Source: Spizellomyces punctatus DAOM BR117 (taxonomy: Eukaryota). Taken from it: a DNA stretch of 64,000 bases. Under the pieces are notes generated by a model, which saw only the letters and a list, made by a program, of their open reading frames with translations, searched no databases and was not told where the DNA came from. Shown here one piece after another: positions 32,101-45,400 of this stretch. Within the stretch, counting starts at the first letter, position 1. Every line of letters starts with the position of its first letter. Position numbers and translations under genes: made by a program. The stretch lies in the NCBI GenBank assembly GCA_000182565.2, contig KQ257450.1; one strand, written 5' to 3'.

Positions 32101-33620
32101 CCGCCAATCAAACCCAACGAACGGTGATCAAAGGATACACGTTTGCAACTGTAAGTTCAGATTGCCCGTGGGCGTTTCTAGTGCGAGCGTAATGATCTAA
32201 ATCCAATACATCGGTAGTTTGATCTGAATGAGTTCTGGGCAGTCAGCTGGACCGACATTTACCCTCTTGTGTCGTTGAGTACACCAAACGCTCAAATATA
32301 TGGGCTGGAGCCGAATTTTCTCTCGGGTTCATTGCTGCACTATTACATGCCAGACCAGATCGATCAAAGCGTTGGCCCTATCAAATGCGTGCAAGGAAAT
32401 TGCGACCATCGAGATGTAGTGGAAGCACTCACGTTCGAAGTTGATCCAAGGAGTTACCTTGACCTACCGAGGGACCTCGCCGAAAGGCTGCCTGTTCCTA
32501 TAGGTGTTACGACGGCTTCTTGGGCGAATGAACAATTTGACACGAATACCACTCGGCTGTACCGCACCGCCATGCCCGTTCTTGTGTCGAAAGCGCTCGA
32601 GGATACCTCCTATGTTGATGTTGCCAATCTACTTGAGCTCACCATGATGTTTACATCCAGCAGTGATGGTGGCGGGAACTCATTTTGGCGTTCGTATCTA
32701 TGCAAGCCAATTGCCTTCCTTAAAAAGCTCCCTTCCTTTACAAAAGTAGGGTCAGACGATGGCCAACTGTTTATTTCAATGCAATCGTACGAGCGGCTAC
32801 TGGGAGATATTGGGCATTTTGCCTCTGTGACCACCGGTATGAATGGGACGAAAATCCCTCTAGAGAAACTCTTAGTCACAGTGTCCTCTGACGCGACGGA
32901 TACCGAGATTGGCACTCTTGCGAATGATTTGACGAGCGTCATAAACAACGACCAGATCAAAGTCGCAGTACTGAAGGAGCAAGTTAAAGGGACTACGTCG
33001 GCGTCGACCTATATTATGTACTTGTTCTACATTGGTAGGCCCAACCCGTCTGTTTTATAATTGGGTTAGATACGACTACTGATGCGATCGGCCCACACCA
33101 CAGTTGCGATCGTTGGCTTAATATTCTGCTTTTTCGTATTATGGCTATCATTTTCAGCCAACATACGAGAAAACTCTTGGGAATTTGGCGTTTTGCGGGC
33201 TATAGGATTTTCGGTAAAGAGATTCGGCGTGGTGGTTTGTGGTTGTGGTTGCGTTCGTCGAGACTCACAGTGCGATTTCTTTTACAGGTGACAAGTGTAC
33301 AGCGTGTCTACATTTACGAGGCAGTCTGTATCATCTTATCGTGCGCGATCATCGGAACAACTACAGGTGCGCACCGGAAATGAGTTTCTACCGTTAGCCC
33401 TTCCTCTGATGGTATTGCAATGTTGTTAGGTGTTTTAATCGCGCTAGCTGTGGCCCTGCAATTCAACCTCTTCACGAGCCTACCGTTCAGCTTCACGTTC
33501 CCTCTCCCGTTATATTGTATTGTGCTTGGTTTATCCTTTGCTGTATCTGTGGCGGGATCATACCTTCCCAGCAGACCCTATGCAAAGGAAAAGATTGCAT
33601 CGGTATTGAAGGGTAGATGA
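29160..33620 (+). CDS. FtsX/MacB-family (type VII ABC) permease with a duplicated FtsX domain, about 10 TM helices, about 15 introns
   Basis: The order is TM1 (RSFSIGLLTVFLTVAFL), a large loop, a TM plus coupling motif DKTFEYGMLRSLGM, further TMs, KNLAAHRRRNNKTTLIFTLCLAYIVF, a second large loop, a second coupling motif ENSWEFGVLRAIGF...VYIYEA and terminal TMs ending SYLPSRPYAKEKIASVLKGR. It includes an 18-nt microexon at 29508-29525. Confidence 0.85.
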
Positions 33621-34360
33621 TGCTGTTCTTTTATAGTTTTCCATTGTACGTAGTTGCATCTGTCACAATTTGCCATAACTTTATGTTCCAGCATTACCTT
33701 ACTCTGTGCTAAATGCCCATACCCCAGTCGTGATAGTACTGCCTATCAGAGTATAGAAATGGAGTATTGGTTTGGTTTTGACACAGTCTCACGTATGATG
33801 GCATAATCATATTTGTAAGAGTAGATACAGCGGAAAAGCAAGTACGGACTATCATGGATTAAGTGTCCTGTTTTACTGTTTCTGTGTACTGCTACGCAAT
33901 TTGGTTAAGGAACTAGGTCGTCCTGTCGGTTCATTCGCCGCCATTTAGGTCACCTTACTGGCGGTCGAACCTCTATTGAAATCTATTGCAAGATCAGGAA
34001 CGGGGAATGCTTGAAGTGCCCCAGCGGAGGGCGAATGGATCTCATCCAAGGAATAACTGAATATCTTTTGCTTTATATTGCTTCTTTAACCAGATATCTG
34101 CTTGAAGCGTTGGAGGAAGATGGGATGCGTTGGTGGTTGGCAGTCGCGCTTTTAGGACGACGCGACGCGCCTTAGGTCATCCGCCAGAGGGCGATTCCTT
34201 CACCGTTCTTCAAGGCGACCTTTTTTGCCCACGAAGGGTTTGGCGAATGTTCACCCCCTTTCGTCGAAGGGACTCGGACAAAGCTGCCGCAAGCAGCGAG
34301 TATCTGCCAGGCGGTCTTGTTGGAGATGCGACTCTGAGAATGGTAGCAGCTCAGAATGCC

Positions 34361-37300
34361 ATGACCTCGCAACCCAATAGCATAAACGTGTCGAAACGAG
34401 AGACAGTTGAATTCGTGAGGAGATGCCTTGCTACTACTAGCAGCATACCTAAGGGGAGACGATTGGATGCTTTAGTGGGCCTTGAAAGGCTGGACGAGAA
34501 TTTCCACGTGCGTTTTCTACGGACATTCTGGTCAATTCCTGGCGTTCTTCTTCATAGCAAATTGACATATTTAAAGACAGCGATATGCATTCGTACGGCA
34601 TTTGCAGCGTCGAATAGATGCTTTCATTTCCCCAGCATTGGAAACCCATCTTCGCTTGACGCAGGATTCCGCTGGTAAGAGTTTCCCACCAGAGAGGAGG
34701 CAGGGAAAATTGGCCGGCCTTGGAGCAAAAACAGGTTTTCACAGCTCCTTCGGTCTAGACTAATGTTTAAGAGTACATCTGCATCCAGTTGCTTCAAATC
34801 TAGAAAGAGTTGTCCCTGCCGTCGTGGAACAGATTATGACCTCGCCGGACTATGCCGCATTGGTTGCAGAAGTCACTGATGAAGCGGCGGCCACTGTGAC
34901 CGACATTTTGCATTCTGAGAACACTTTGAATGCCATTCCTGCAAGAAACGAAGAGCCCTGGCAGCCACGCACTTCTGAAAACAGGCGGGCGAGCTTTGAT
35001 TTCTCCACTCAGAGCAATTCAACGAATGACAGCACTTGTGGCTCAATATCCTTCATTCTTTCTCCGCTAGCTCAGTCATTACTATTAAATATTCTAACAA
35101 AGATGATAGTTATCCTTAACCTGGGTTTTGATTTCTTTACCTCTCCTTGACGCATTCGCCGGCTTTAGACGATATTCGCACGGTGACGTCGAATTTGCTG
35201 GCGCATAACTCGGTCGACACCCGAGTGGCCGCGATTCACGTATGTTCCATGGGTTTGAGATCTGTAAATCTGAGACTTAATTATTTCCCTTTTCAGAGAC
35301 TTGCATCGTATCCATCGGCAGACCTGTTATGCGGAGAGTTTTGGAAAGATACAAAGGAAGGTCTCGCCATTGCCTTGAGCGACGCTGATCCACGGTAGGC
35401 CATGCAACATTTGTTAACGCTACGTCTGTAAAATTGTATGCGAGCTATCTTCCTCTTACCAGGGTTGTGATTGTCGGTTTACGAGTGTTGGCCAGAGCGT
35501 TCAAGGCGGCACCGCCCCATATGACAGGAGATATTTATCTATGTCTGGTGATGCATCTAAAGAACGCATTCACCACAGGACCACACCGCAAAATTGCTGA
35601 TGGATTGCTTATTGAGGACCCAAAAGTGAAACTCACACTGAGGAAGGTTAGCTCTAGAACTGGTATGGGATTGAAACTCGACAAGGATCTTACTTCCTTC
35701 ATCATACATGTGCAGTTTAGGCTCTTGAATCAATTCCAGAAGGAAATCACGTCCTGCTGGATCCGCTATCCTGAATCTCACATTAAAGACATCATGATAG
35801 CTACATTCCAGCTTCTAAGCCCGTCGTTGTCACCAGGAAAACCTTCTGGTACCTTTCCTTCCGCCATAATTGATGCGACCACAGATACTAGTGCGTTATA
35901 CATCACACCTTTGCATTACTTGAGCATTCTTGATACACGAGCCTCGTGGTTTGAAAAATGGATGATTAGCCAGTTCGGACGGTCGCAGGTCATTTCGGCG
36001 TTCGTGGAGACCGGTCTGCTAGCGAATTTTGCCGCTCAGTTCCTCGGGCATGCCGCTACTTTGCTGCATACTGCATCTGCTCTGGCCCAAGCGTCCGATG
36101 AAGTCCTTGTAATGGACGTGGAAGCGACGGAGGATCCAGATGACCTGGCCCTGCGGAAGAAAATTATTATGGATGATATAAAGTATGCACACTTCCTGCA
36201 TGTGCTTGTTGTTCTGAGCAAATTATCAGTTTTCGATGGAGGAAGACAGTGTTTTCCTATACGAGTGGAAAAGGGACTGTTGGGGAGTGGCGGACCGGCT
36301 CTCATTGGATTGCTCACAGATTCAACAAATGCGGAATTGGAGTTTGGGGAGGGAACCTCAATTTCTCTTTCTATTCGCGGGTTCACAAAGATCTTGATTA
36401 AACTTATGTGCCATTGTTCAAGAGCTGGTCTTAGTGTCAATGGGCAGGAAGACATTGACAAGCACCAAGACGTCGAAGGATTGAAGTTGTCCAAATTTAT
36501 TAGTCGATTACTAAAGGACGTGACTGTAATTGACAAGGAGTGCGATCAGAGGTTGTTCAAGGTAAGATTCGACGCCCATCTTGAATGCGCGATTCTTTCT
36601 GAACTGGGACATAACACTTAGAATGATATCTTGCAAGAGTTGATCGAACCCCTTCGACTAGTGACTGAAGGGAAGAAAGGAACACGGCTACTAGAAGAAG
36701 GCTCTCTACTTGACATAGCCGAAACTCTGTCCAATATAGTAGCGACGGACGATGGTCGACGATTCGTTCTTCAGATGGAAGGTGGAAACGTTTGCTCTGA
36801 TAACAACGCCGACACTAGTCTTCCTGTGCACAAAAACCCCAATCCCACGAGCCTTTTGGAAGCCGTAGTTGCATTAGTAAAACAAACTGTGTCCACCGCC
36901 TTCTCCTCACCGAGATTCATCAAGTTGGTTGGAGCTTATGTCTTTTTCCTGCGTCAGTTATATCGAACGTGTGATGGACTACGACGCTTACAGCAGTACA
37001 AGCTGCACGAGGTACTGGCAAAAACACTTGAGGATGCAAAGTGGAAGAATGATCAACACGCAGACATATCGATGTTGCGAAAGGAGTGGAGTGCTATTGC
37101 CGTTGATAATCTGCTGAACTTTGCTGGAACGCCAAAGGGTGTTCTGCTCTTGCAACTCAGTGGCTCAATGGTGCCATGCGTTGCCTATATGTTTCATAGG
37201 TAGGTTGAATGCTATTGCAAAGTGTCCACCTTTCGTGCCATTTATTTTTGAATTGCGCAGATATGAAAAGAAGATGCAAGTCAGCAAGTGCGAAAAGTTT

Positions 37301-39381
37301 GGTTATGGGGTTTTAGTGTCGCAAATATCGACAACAAAACCAGGAATGCAGGCCTTGTATGCGACGGGATTAATCAGATCCTTTTTTTCCGATTTGTGGG
37401 CCGTACTGGAATACGACGGCTCTCTCGACACGGCAATACCTCATGCGGAGCCCCTGGATGACCACATTACAAAGAAAATGATCGCAAATTTGTTGAAAGC
37501 ATTTGCATCTTTCCCCGGCTTGATTGCCATATTGGAAGCGGAACATGGAAAAGCGATGGGAAAGGAGACATTGCATTATCTTATGAACTGCATCATATTA
37601 GGCAAAGCTGACAACCATGCTGGCGACGGACCGGCTGATGTTATTGAGGAGTCACATTTGGTAAGTTGCATCGAAATAAACCGGTTGCAAACAACACGCT
37701 AGTGGATTCTAACCCCGCTGAAGATCGGATTAAGGATTCTGAAGCTGTTGACCTCGTCCCTGGATTCCTTTATTCTCTTACAGTCATATTTTAAATTCCA
37801 AGAGTCTCTTCTTGCGATGCAGAGATTTGCCCATACTGGTAGGTGCTCAGGTTTCGGATCATTCGCTCACATCGCGCGCCGCTAAATGAGATAAATAGAT
37901 GGAACATCCACATGCGTCATCGACGAAGCCACTCTATTGAGAACACATATACTCGTAGCCACTTACGCAGTCGGCGGACCAGAGGAACGCATCCTACCTC
38001 CCACGCAACTGCACGAAGCCTTGAGCAGAGCCACCTGTATGGTCACCCAGTTTCCTATCCCAAAGCAATACATGCCGGACAGAACTATACAATCAGTAGC
38101 CTCGCTACGAGCATGGTATGATATAACTAAAGGTCATAAAGTCGAATCTGGGCCATAGAAGACTAACGGTCTCACCTATCGAATACAGTTCAGAACTACG
38201 GGAAGCCGCATTCAAACTCGATACTAGCCCGACTGATATCGCACTAAGCGACATGCAGGTGAGGTCCCTGTGTAAGCTGACGTTCTTGAAGGTTAAGCTG
38301 ATGCATCTGGTATAAAGAAAACAGCATGGAATCTTATTAGGAACGGAGCCCTCAGTGCCGATTATTTGGGATTGGGCTCTGTTTTGCTAGAAATTCAGCG
38401 GGCTCTCAAAAAACTACCGGAATCCAAAAGGGCGGCGTTCGGCTGGAATTTGCTGCCAAACGGCATAGGGCCGGATGGCAATGTGAAAGTCACCTGCGAG
38501 GTAGAGAAAAGCTTTACTAAAGGCGTTACCCTCGGCTTAAATTAAATTTTGTTCAAGAAGGTTACAGAGTGCGACATAATAGGTGTTCGTTTAGCGACTC
38601 GTTACGCTATGCGATACCTTCCTTCGAAGTCCGAAGAAGCGGTGCATCAAGATCTGACGGATTTGCTGCAGCGCTGCAGAAGCATGCTCAAGTCGTACCG
38701 CATCCCACAACCGATGCTCGGCAGCGCTGACACGGGATTTAACGGATTTGACTGGTTCTTATCCACCATGTACATCCTCACTGATGGAAATGTGTCCACG
38801 GTGACGGAATTCGCTATAGGCTTTCTTACTTTTATGCCGTCCATGTATGTCTGGCCGCAGCGATCGTATGGATGTACACCTTCAACTGGAGACCGGGTTG
38901 AGATACCGTTGATATATTCGACATGCTGTCATTTGATAGAATGGATTCTTGAGACAGAGCTTCCCAGCGTGTTTTCTGCATTCACCCTCAGTGGATGTAC
39001 ACCAAGCCAGGTAAGAATAACAGCGCTTGTAATTTGCGTACGGTGATGGTACCATTTACGCTTCTGAAGATATGTCAACGTTGGCTTCGAGAATTATTTT
39101 GGAACGTGCTTCCACTCTCCGAAATCGCCAATTACGTTCTACTCTGTATGGCTTTAGGCATCGATTATCAAGTGTACTATTGTATTTCTCTCCTCCGCCA
39201 TAACGCATCTCATGTGTTGCGCGCGACAAGGGAGCAAGAGTTGATCACCTTTTTGAACGAAGGGCACCACGTTGGGGCCTTGTTTAGCACGGGACAATAC
39301 CTAATGTACATGGGAGACTTGGAGAAGAAGTATAGACATATCGTTCTTCAAGAAATGACAAGCGCTGTGGGTCTTCATTGA
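34361..39381 (+). CDS. TBC1D32: Protein broad-minded (BROMI/TBC1D32), ciliary regulator, multi-exon
   Basis: It has N-terminal LERLDENFHRYAFVRHL, DLLCGEFW, DNLLNFAGTPKGVLLL, KKMQVSKCEKFGYGVLVSQI, VGGPEERILPP and GFDWF. The C-terminal TBC-like segment reads [32 protein letters not shown]...LGIDYQVYYCISLLRH. All match recalled BROMI motifs. The start could also be 34340. Confidence 0.9.
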
Positions 39382-39460
39382 GGTTGTATTTAATCAGTGC
39401 GTCGCCTTACATCAATTCGTCGAATCTATTTACAAATTACATTACAAACATTCTCATCCG

Positions 39461-42400
39461 CTACCACCCTGAGCCCAAAGACATGACCAATGCGACGCCA
39501 CGCTTGATCCAATGCGACTGGGGCATGTCTGTTGGCATTTCTATGGTCAAAACATAGTTGGTAGAGTGCCCGGTCGTTGAGAGAGTGCCTACGGATGCAG
39601 TTGTCAGTGACGAGTGTCAGCGACTTGGTAAACTATACTGTGAACGAAACTGTACCTGCTCGTGTCAACGTTTTATATACAGGGCAGTCATAAATGCCTG
39701 CTTCGGGTTTCTTTCGATTAGGTTTTGGTAGCAACCATAGCACGCTCATTTCAGTGTAGAGTTCCTTGGGTCTGCTCTCCGATAGCGTTCGCTTTGTAGC
39801 ATCCCATCGTGCACCTTCCAAGTATAGTCCCCTGATGTAGCATCCGTCGCCCGGTTTCGTGTGGATGTCCTCCCATCTCATGTCGACAACTTTGAAGTCA
39901 AAACTTAGGACATCAATTGATACTACGTATTTCCTCGCATAGTTTTGCAATGTCCCGGTCAGGAATGCTTGCGGGAAAAAGAATCCACTAATCCAGAATA
40001 CCGTTGGTATACCGTTGTCAATCCACTTTTGAATAAAATCACATCGTGCAACTAGATCAATCACCCATGAAGAAAGTGATTTTAGGGATGGATACGCTTT
40101 CGCTGCCCACACTAGGGGAACTTGGTTGATGTAGATGTTGTTGCACATTGTATCCAATGCCTCGGACATGACAACCAATCCCTTCAGTGCCTTCATGAGC
40201 TCAACCAAGGTCGAATGAATTGTCGCAAGGAGCCGATTGTAGCGTATAACTTCCTGAATAAGCACTGTCGACATCTAGGAAATGCTGAGGTCAAACAGTG
40301 CTCATCATTACAGCATCGTAATGAAGCCTACTCACAGATTCTTTGTACTCGATCGGGTACTTCGTAAGAACAACATCCAAGGGGAAAGGTTTCGGAACCC
40401 GGCTTTGAATTGACATTGCTGTATCTGTGAGCTGCTCCTCACGCGATTTGGCCCCTGCGCTCTTGCTCGTTTTGGGCATCAGAGCGAGAAGGGTATCAAA
40501 CAAGGTGAAGGTTTCCTTCTGGGCAAAGGTGATATTTGCATTTTCATGCATCGAAAAAACTTCCGTTGTTTCCTCAATCGGTAGTCCTCGAATATAGTTT
40601 CTATATGCATTGTAGTTGTCCGCCGGGATGGAATAGTAGAGATCGCTTGACGAAAACCTGTACCCGTCCTCCAGAACCTTGGCATTACAGTAGTCTTCCA
40701 GTATATTCATGATAAGGCGCCGATCCCAGTCATCCGTAACTCGTCCACCGTAGTTGATTTCTCCAACAGTGTACTTTAACACCTTGAATGGAACCTCTTC
40801 ATATTCCTCGAGGAACATATTCAGCTGGCGAATGCAAATGCGCATATCACCACTATTGGATGAAGACAATATTAGAGCTAGTTGCGTAGCATAATAAATA
40901 TGAAAAGACATACTCTGTAAATTCATATGGAATGTTGAAGCCAAGCGATCCAAACTTGCGCCTCTCCTGAACCACTGCATGGAAGAATGATACTGAAAAA
41001 AGTAATTTCTTCCATTCTCTCGCTTTGGTACAGGAGTTCAGATAGTCCTCATTAAATGTAGCATATGTTCGAAGTAAATTTGCTTTGATACCGTTAGGCG
41101 GCTCCACAGTCGTCTTCACCCCATTCTGTAGAATGCTCACAGGGAACTTTGGTGTTGGCATCGAGGTTAACCAAATCCTACAGTCTCGATGCACTTTATC
41201 CGGAGTCATGCCGTCAATGATACGGTCCAGAGTAGGCATCCAAGAAGGAGCCAAGTGACAGTTTTGCAGCAAAATCCAGAGGCCTCTTTCCATGCCTTCC
41301 TTTATCAATGCCTCGGCGCGTGGACCTTGCCCTTGTCCCAATGAAACGGAGTTCAGCTTCTTACTGAAGCGCATCTCTTCTGCAAATTTGAACAAAGAAT
41401 TGGCAGGATCGGCACCAGGAGAAAGCACAAATATGAGAGGAGTAATTGGAGTAGACTCCTTGTACAGTGCCAGTAAGTCAGACGTTTGAGGTTCAATGAA
41501 GCGCTCGCCCAGCTGAGTCGCAACGAAGTCTTGTACAGCCGACGTTATTCGATCGGGTCGGATGCATCGAAGAACGAGTAACTTTTGAAAGGCAGATAAA
41601 GCATTGTTCCATCTCCCCGGCAAAGGTTCCTTGTGCGGTTGCGAGCTATCGAATATCATCCGGAAGCTTTCGATAAACTCTGCAAAATCCTGCTCAAAAT
41701 TACTGAAATTCGGTAAAGTTGATAAACTCTGTATCTGAGCCCAAGTGTTTCCAGCGAGCCAGTCAGGTGCCGGATTCTGCATCTTCTTGTCGCTACCGGT
41801 TCCGCCGGTAAGCAGGAATCTCCATTCATCTCCATCAATTTTGTCTCCATTCATCAAGATTCGAATGATCAGTAAAAATGAGAAGAGAAGCTTATGCCGT
41901 TCAAATAGCGACCGACAGACGTTGGAAAACAGCGAATATGTAAAGTATTCGTTGACGTTGGCAACACGCTGATCGATGTCATCGCTCTTTTCCGAGTGGG
42001 TAATTGCGGACACGAAGAGATTCATGAACCAGTTGAGAGAGTACTGATACATTGGATCGATGTTCGCCAACTCCGTGATGCAGAAGAAAAGGATGCGTGT
42101 CCGGACGGCAACCGGTGTATATTTATTTCTCGTAGTGTCGATATCCTTTTCAGTTTGTTCAGCGGCGGCTACCTTGCGTTGAATCTCTTCTGAGGTTTCC
42201 TTCGAGGCACCTAGCGTGTCAATCAAGCGTTCATCGTCGACAGGACTACCCTGAACAGATGACAGCAAGTATAGAATCTTATCCTCAATATCTTTGAGTT
42301 CTTTCTTCATCTAACCCATTTTCCAGCAGCAATTGTTTAGCACGGAATTCCAATGAGTTGCCAACAATCCATAGCTTTACTTTACCTGGGCGTTATTTAT

Positions 42401-45400
42401 TGTCAGCTGATTTTTAGCTTCTTCCAAATCAGGCCGCTCATTTGCCACGACGATGGCCAATAACTGATCTTCCAGTCCACTAGCCGCGAGGGTGAAGTTC
42501 AGCAGCGTTACTGTTGCGCTGATTTCGGGTGAGTAAAGAGGGTTAGGGAGGTTTGTTGTTATGTAGAAGCGGAAATCGTCATGGTAAGGAAGGATGCTGT
42601 CGCCGATCTACATTGAGCCAGTCTCCAGTCAGTGTCTGCTGACCCAAGGTAAACGACACCATCACATAGACTATTTTCACCTTAATGACTGTGTTGCCTC
42701 CTTGCTTGAAGGTCTGCTTTAGCAGAATTGGCTCCAGAGCAGGATCAAGTCGTTCTCCAATATTTTCTAATAACACTGGTTTTCCGAAGCGGATGGCGTT
42801 CTCCAGCGTCCGCAAAAAGTCCTTGTCAGTTAATTTAATGATATCTAGGCTGTTCGCTTTCTCCATATTCCGAATCCACTTGTTACCCTGACCTTGGGGA
42901 TCAATGAGCAATGGCCATCGTCGGGAATTCTGGACGATTATAGCATTATCCCTGCTGAGAGAATCTTTCGGCAACCCACTCAGTTCCCATTCCCGTAACT
43001 TCACATGATCTCCGAGGGCATCGTACAAGGATATGCTCTCCGAATGCGGGATCTTGAGCCGCAACAAGGACCCCGTCCACTCGTTGATCAATTTCGTCCG
43101 ATATTCTGCTGTGAACGGTCCAAGGTATGCGATAGCTCCTGCGGCCAACAAAATATCTCCTATGACGTTGCTAATTTTGGTGTCCAATTGATCGACTGTC
43201 AAGGCCCACCGCTGCTTTTCTCCACCTAGACCACTTATGAGCTTGCCAGCCCGAGAAAGTTTTACGTTGCATTCTTCCACTTTCCGGGATAGCTCCTCCT
43301 TTTTGGCAACAGATTCACTGTATCTCTTTTCCATTTCCTTGATATTGATTTCCGATTCTCTCATCTTCTTTTTAAGTTCCGCCAACACTTTCAGCGTAGC
43401 GTCGAGTGACTGTTGGGCCTCCTGTAGGCGGGCCCGCTTTGGAGCCACGGAACGAGAGACCCAATAGTACTTTTCCATTGCTCTAACCCAGGCACACATC
43501 GAAGTCGCTGCTTTTGATACGCGAGAAATAACGCTAACCTAAGGCGTACGAAGGCAAGATTGATTAGAAAAGGATGACCGCCCGTCGATCAAAAATATTG
43601 ATGAGACTCCGAACCTGGAAATCCGGTGAATCAATGTACGGTTTAATTTTCTGAATAGTTGCCTCAGAAATATTGTCCTTATCGAAATTAATAAGGCCGT
43701 CCAGAAACTTCTGCGGCTCCGCCAACAAGGCTTTTCCTGGCTCCCAGTAGTCATCAATCTTTTTTCCAGGTTTATCGCCGTCGACCTTCTTTGGTTTGAC
43801 GCCCTTCATGATGCAGACGGCCTCAATGACAAGCTTTACACCCTCTGGAGGGCGCTGCATTGAACGGACTTCAATGACATCGTTCTTAGATAGGGAGTTG
43901 AGGGATTCCAGCGCGGCATCAAGAGCAGGTAGAGCCTCATCCAGATCTCGCTTGGCATCATCAGCAATAGCCTTGGTTTCTTCTGCTTTCTTGTTGGAGG
44001 CTGCCTCCTCCGTAACAACATTTTCTCGTATTTCCTCTGCCTTCACCTTGTCCACCGCAATCTTTTTCATCGTGTACTCTGTTTCCTGACTGGTTTGCAG
44101 AAGCATGGGCTGCATTGCTTCCAACTCTTCTTGCAATATCTCTACTTCTTTGGTTGCGTTGAGTAGTTTTTCCAGACCTGTGGCGGTACGCTTCCGAAGA
44201 GCCAATAATTCGTTTCTCTTCTTGTCAAGCAACTGCTTGTATAAGCCCAAAAGCTCGAGGTAGGATTTTGGCGTCACATAATTGTTTCTGTTCAGTTCAG
44301 CTTTGTACTGCACGCATCGCTCGCGTACAGACTCGTGCATTACCACACATAGATTCACGATCCCATCAATGACCTGCTCAGAGCCCAAATCGTTGATTTC
44401 TGCAGAGCAACGTCAATTTGGTATTAGATGAAGAGAAAGAAGGAATGACTTACCAGCAATAGAATTCGCTGCGACGCTCCGCAAGGCTTCTTCGGGCCAG
44501 GTGGAAAACCAGTCAATTGTACAGCAATTAACGAGACTGGGAAACATACGTAGCCGTGTTCTGAATGCGTCGCCTATTGGACTCATGCAAATGATCAGAT
44601 GCATATTCTGTTTCACACGACTGATGTAGAGTGCAAAGAGGTTTTCGCGCGTGGGTGTAATAGCCATGTCGTTAGCCAGAGGTCTCATGGCGTTGAGGAT
44701 GCGATCCATTTCTTCCCCAGTATAGATGTTTGGTACATCCGCGCTATTTAACAGATTGTTGATATCTTCCAAACAACTCTCTGAGATGATTTGCGTATCC
44801 GTGTACAGGAAAACCGTGGGCTTTGCGTCTAATCCAGCCCAGAAGAGAATCTACCCACAGCATCTTTTAGGATTAACGTTGTGGACACCGTGACAAAATG
44901 TGATTACCTTTTTCAAATCTTCTTTCCACTCTGTTTGACCATAGCTCTTGGTGATCTCGATTTGGTAAATCTCGTACTCTTCCATGAAGGTGGCTAATCT
45001 GCTGAGACTTTGTCGCCCACTACCGCCTACACCAAGCAGTAGGGCATGTCCTCCCGGTTGACGAATGATTCGACATATTCGACTGACATGTTCAATGGCG
45101 TCCAAGAACATCACGAGCCGCATTGGGTTTGTTGTAGTGCTATTATAGTCATCGAGATACTCTTCCGCTAGTTTCACCAATCGCTTCATATCCTAGAGGT
45201 TGTCGTCAGGAGTCTTGTTATACACACTCATGAAGCTGACGGTATGCATACCTTGATCTCCGTATAGACCTTTGGGTCTGCCCCTGGGGTCATGTAGTCG
45301 CCGTACAGCAACGGCTCTGTAGTAACCACCTCACTATAATTCATTCCAACATGACTGTTCATGGACTGCTTTACGAGAGAAAGGAACCAACTCTTATCGG

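Noticed and set aside
34130-34339. Upstream in-frame extension of the BROMI first exon in the ORF track
   Set aside because: It starts at TTG and lies before the region of recognisable BROMI similarity, so it is likely 5'UTR.
19386-35715. Stop-free, in-frame introns in JJJ1 (19386-19448), the WD40 gene (22851-22913), EB1 (24141-24221) and BROMI (35647-35715)
   Set aside because: With introns this short, a third are 3n and many lack stops by chance, so a few among the dozens present is expected. They are only a caveat: the ORF track reads through them.
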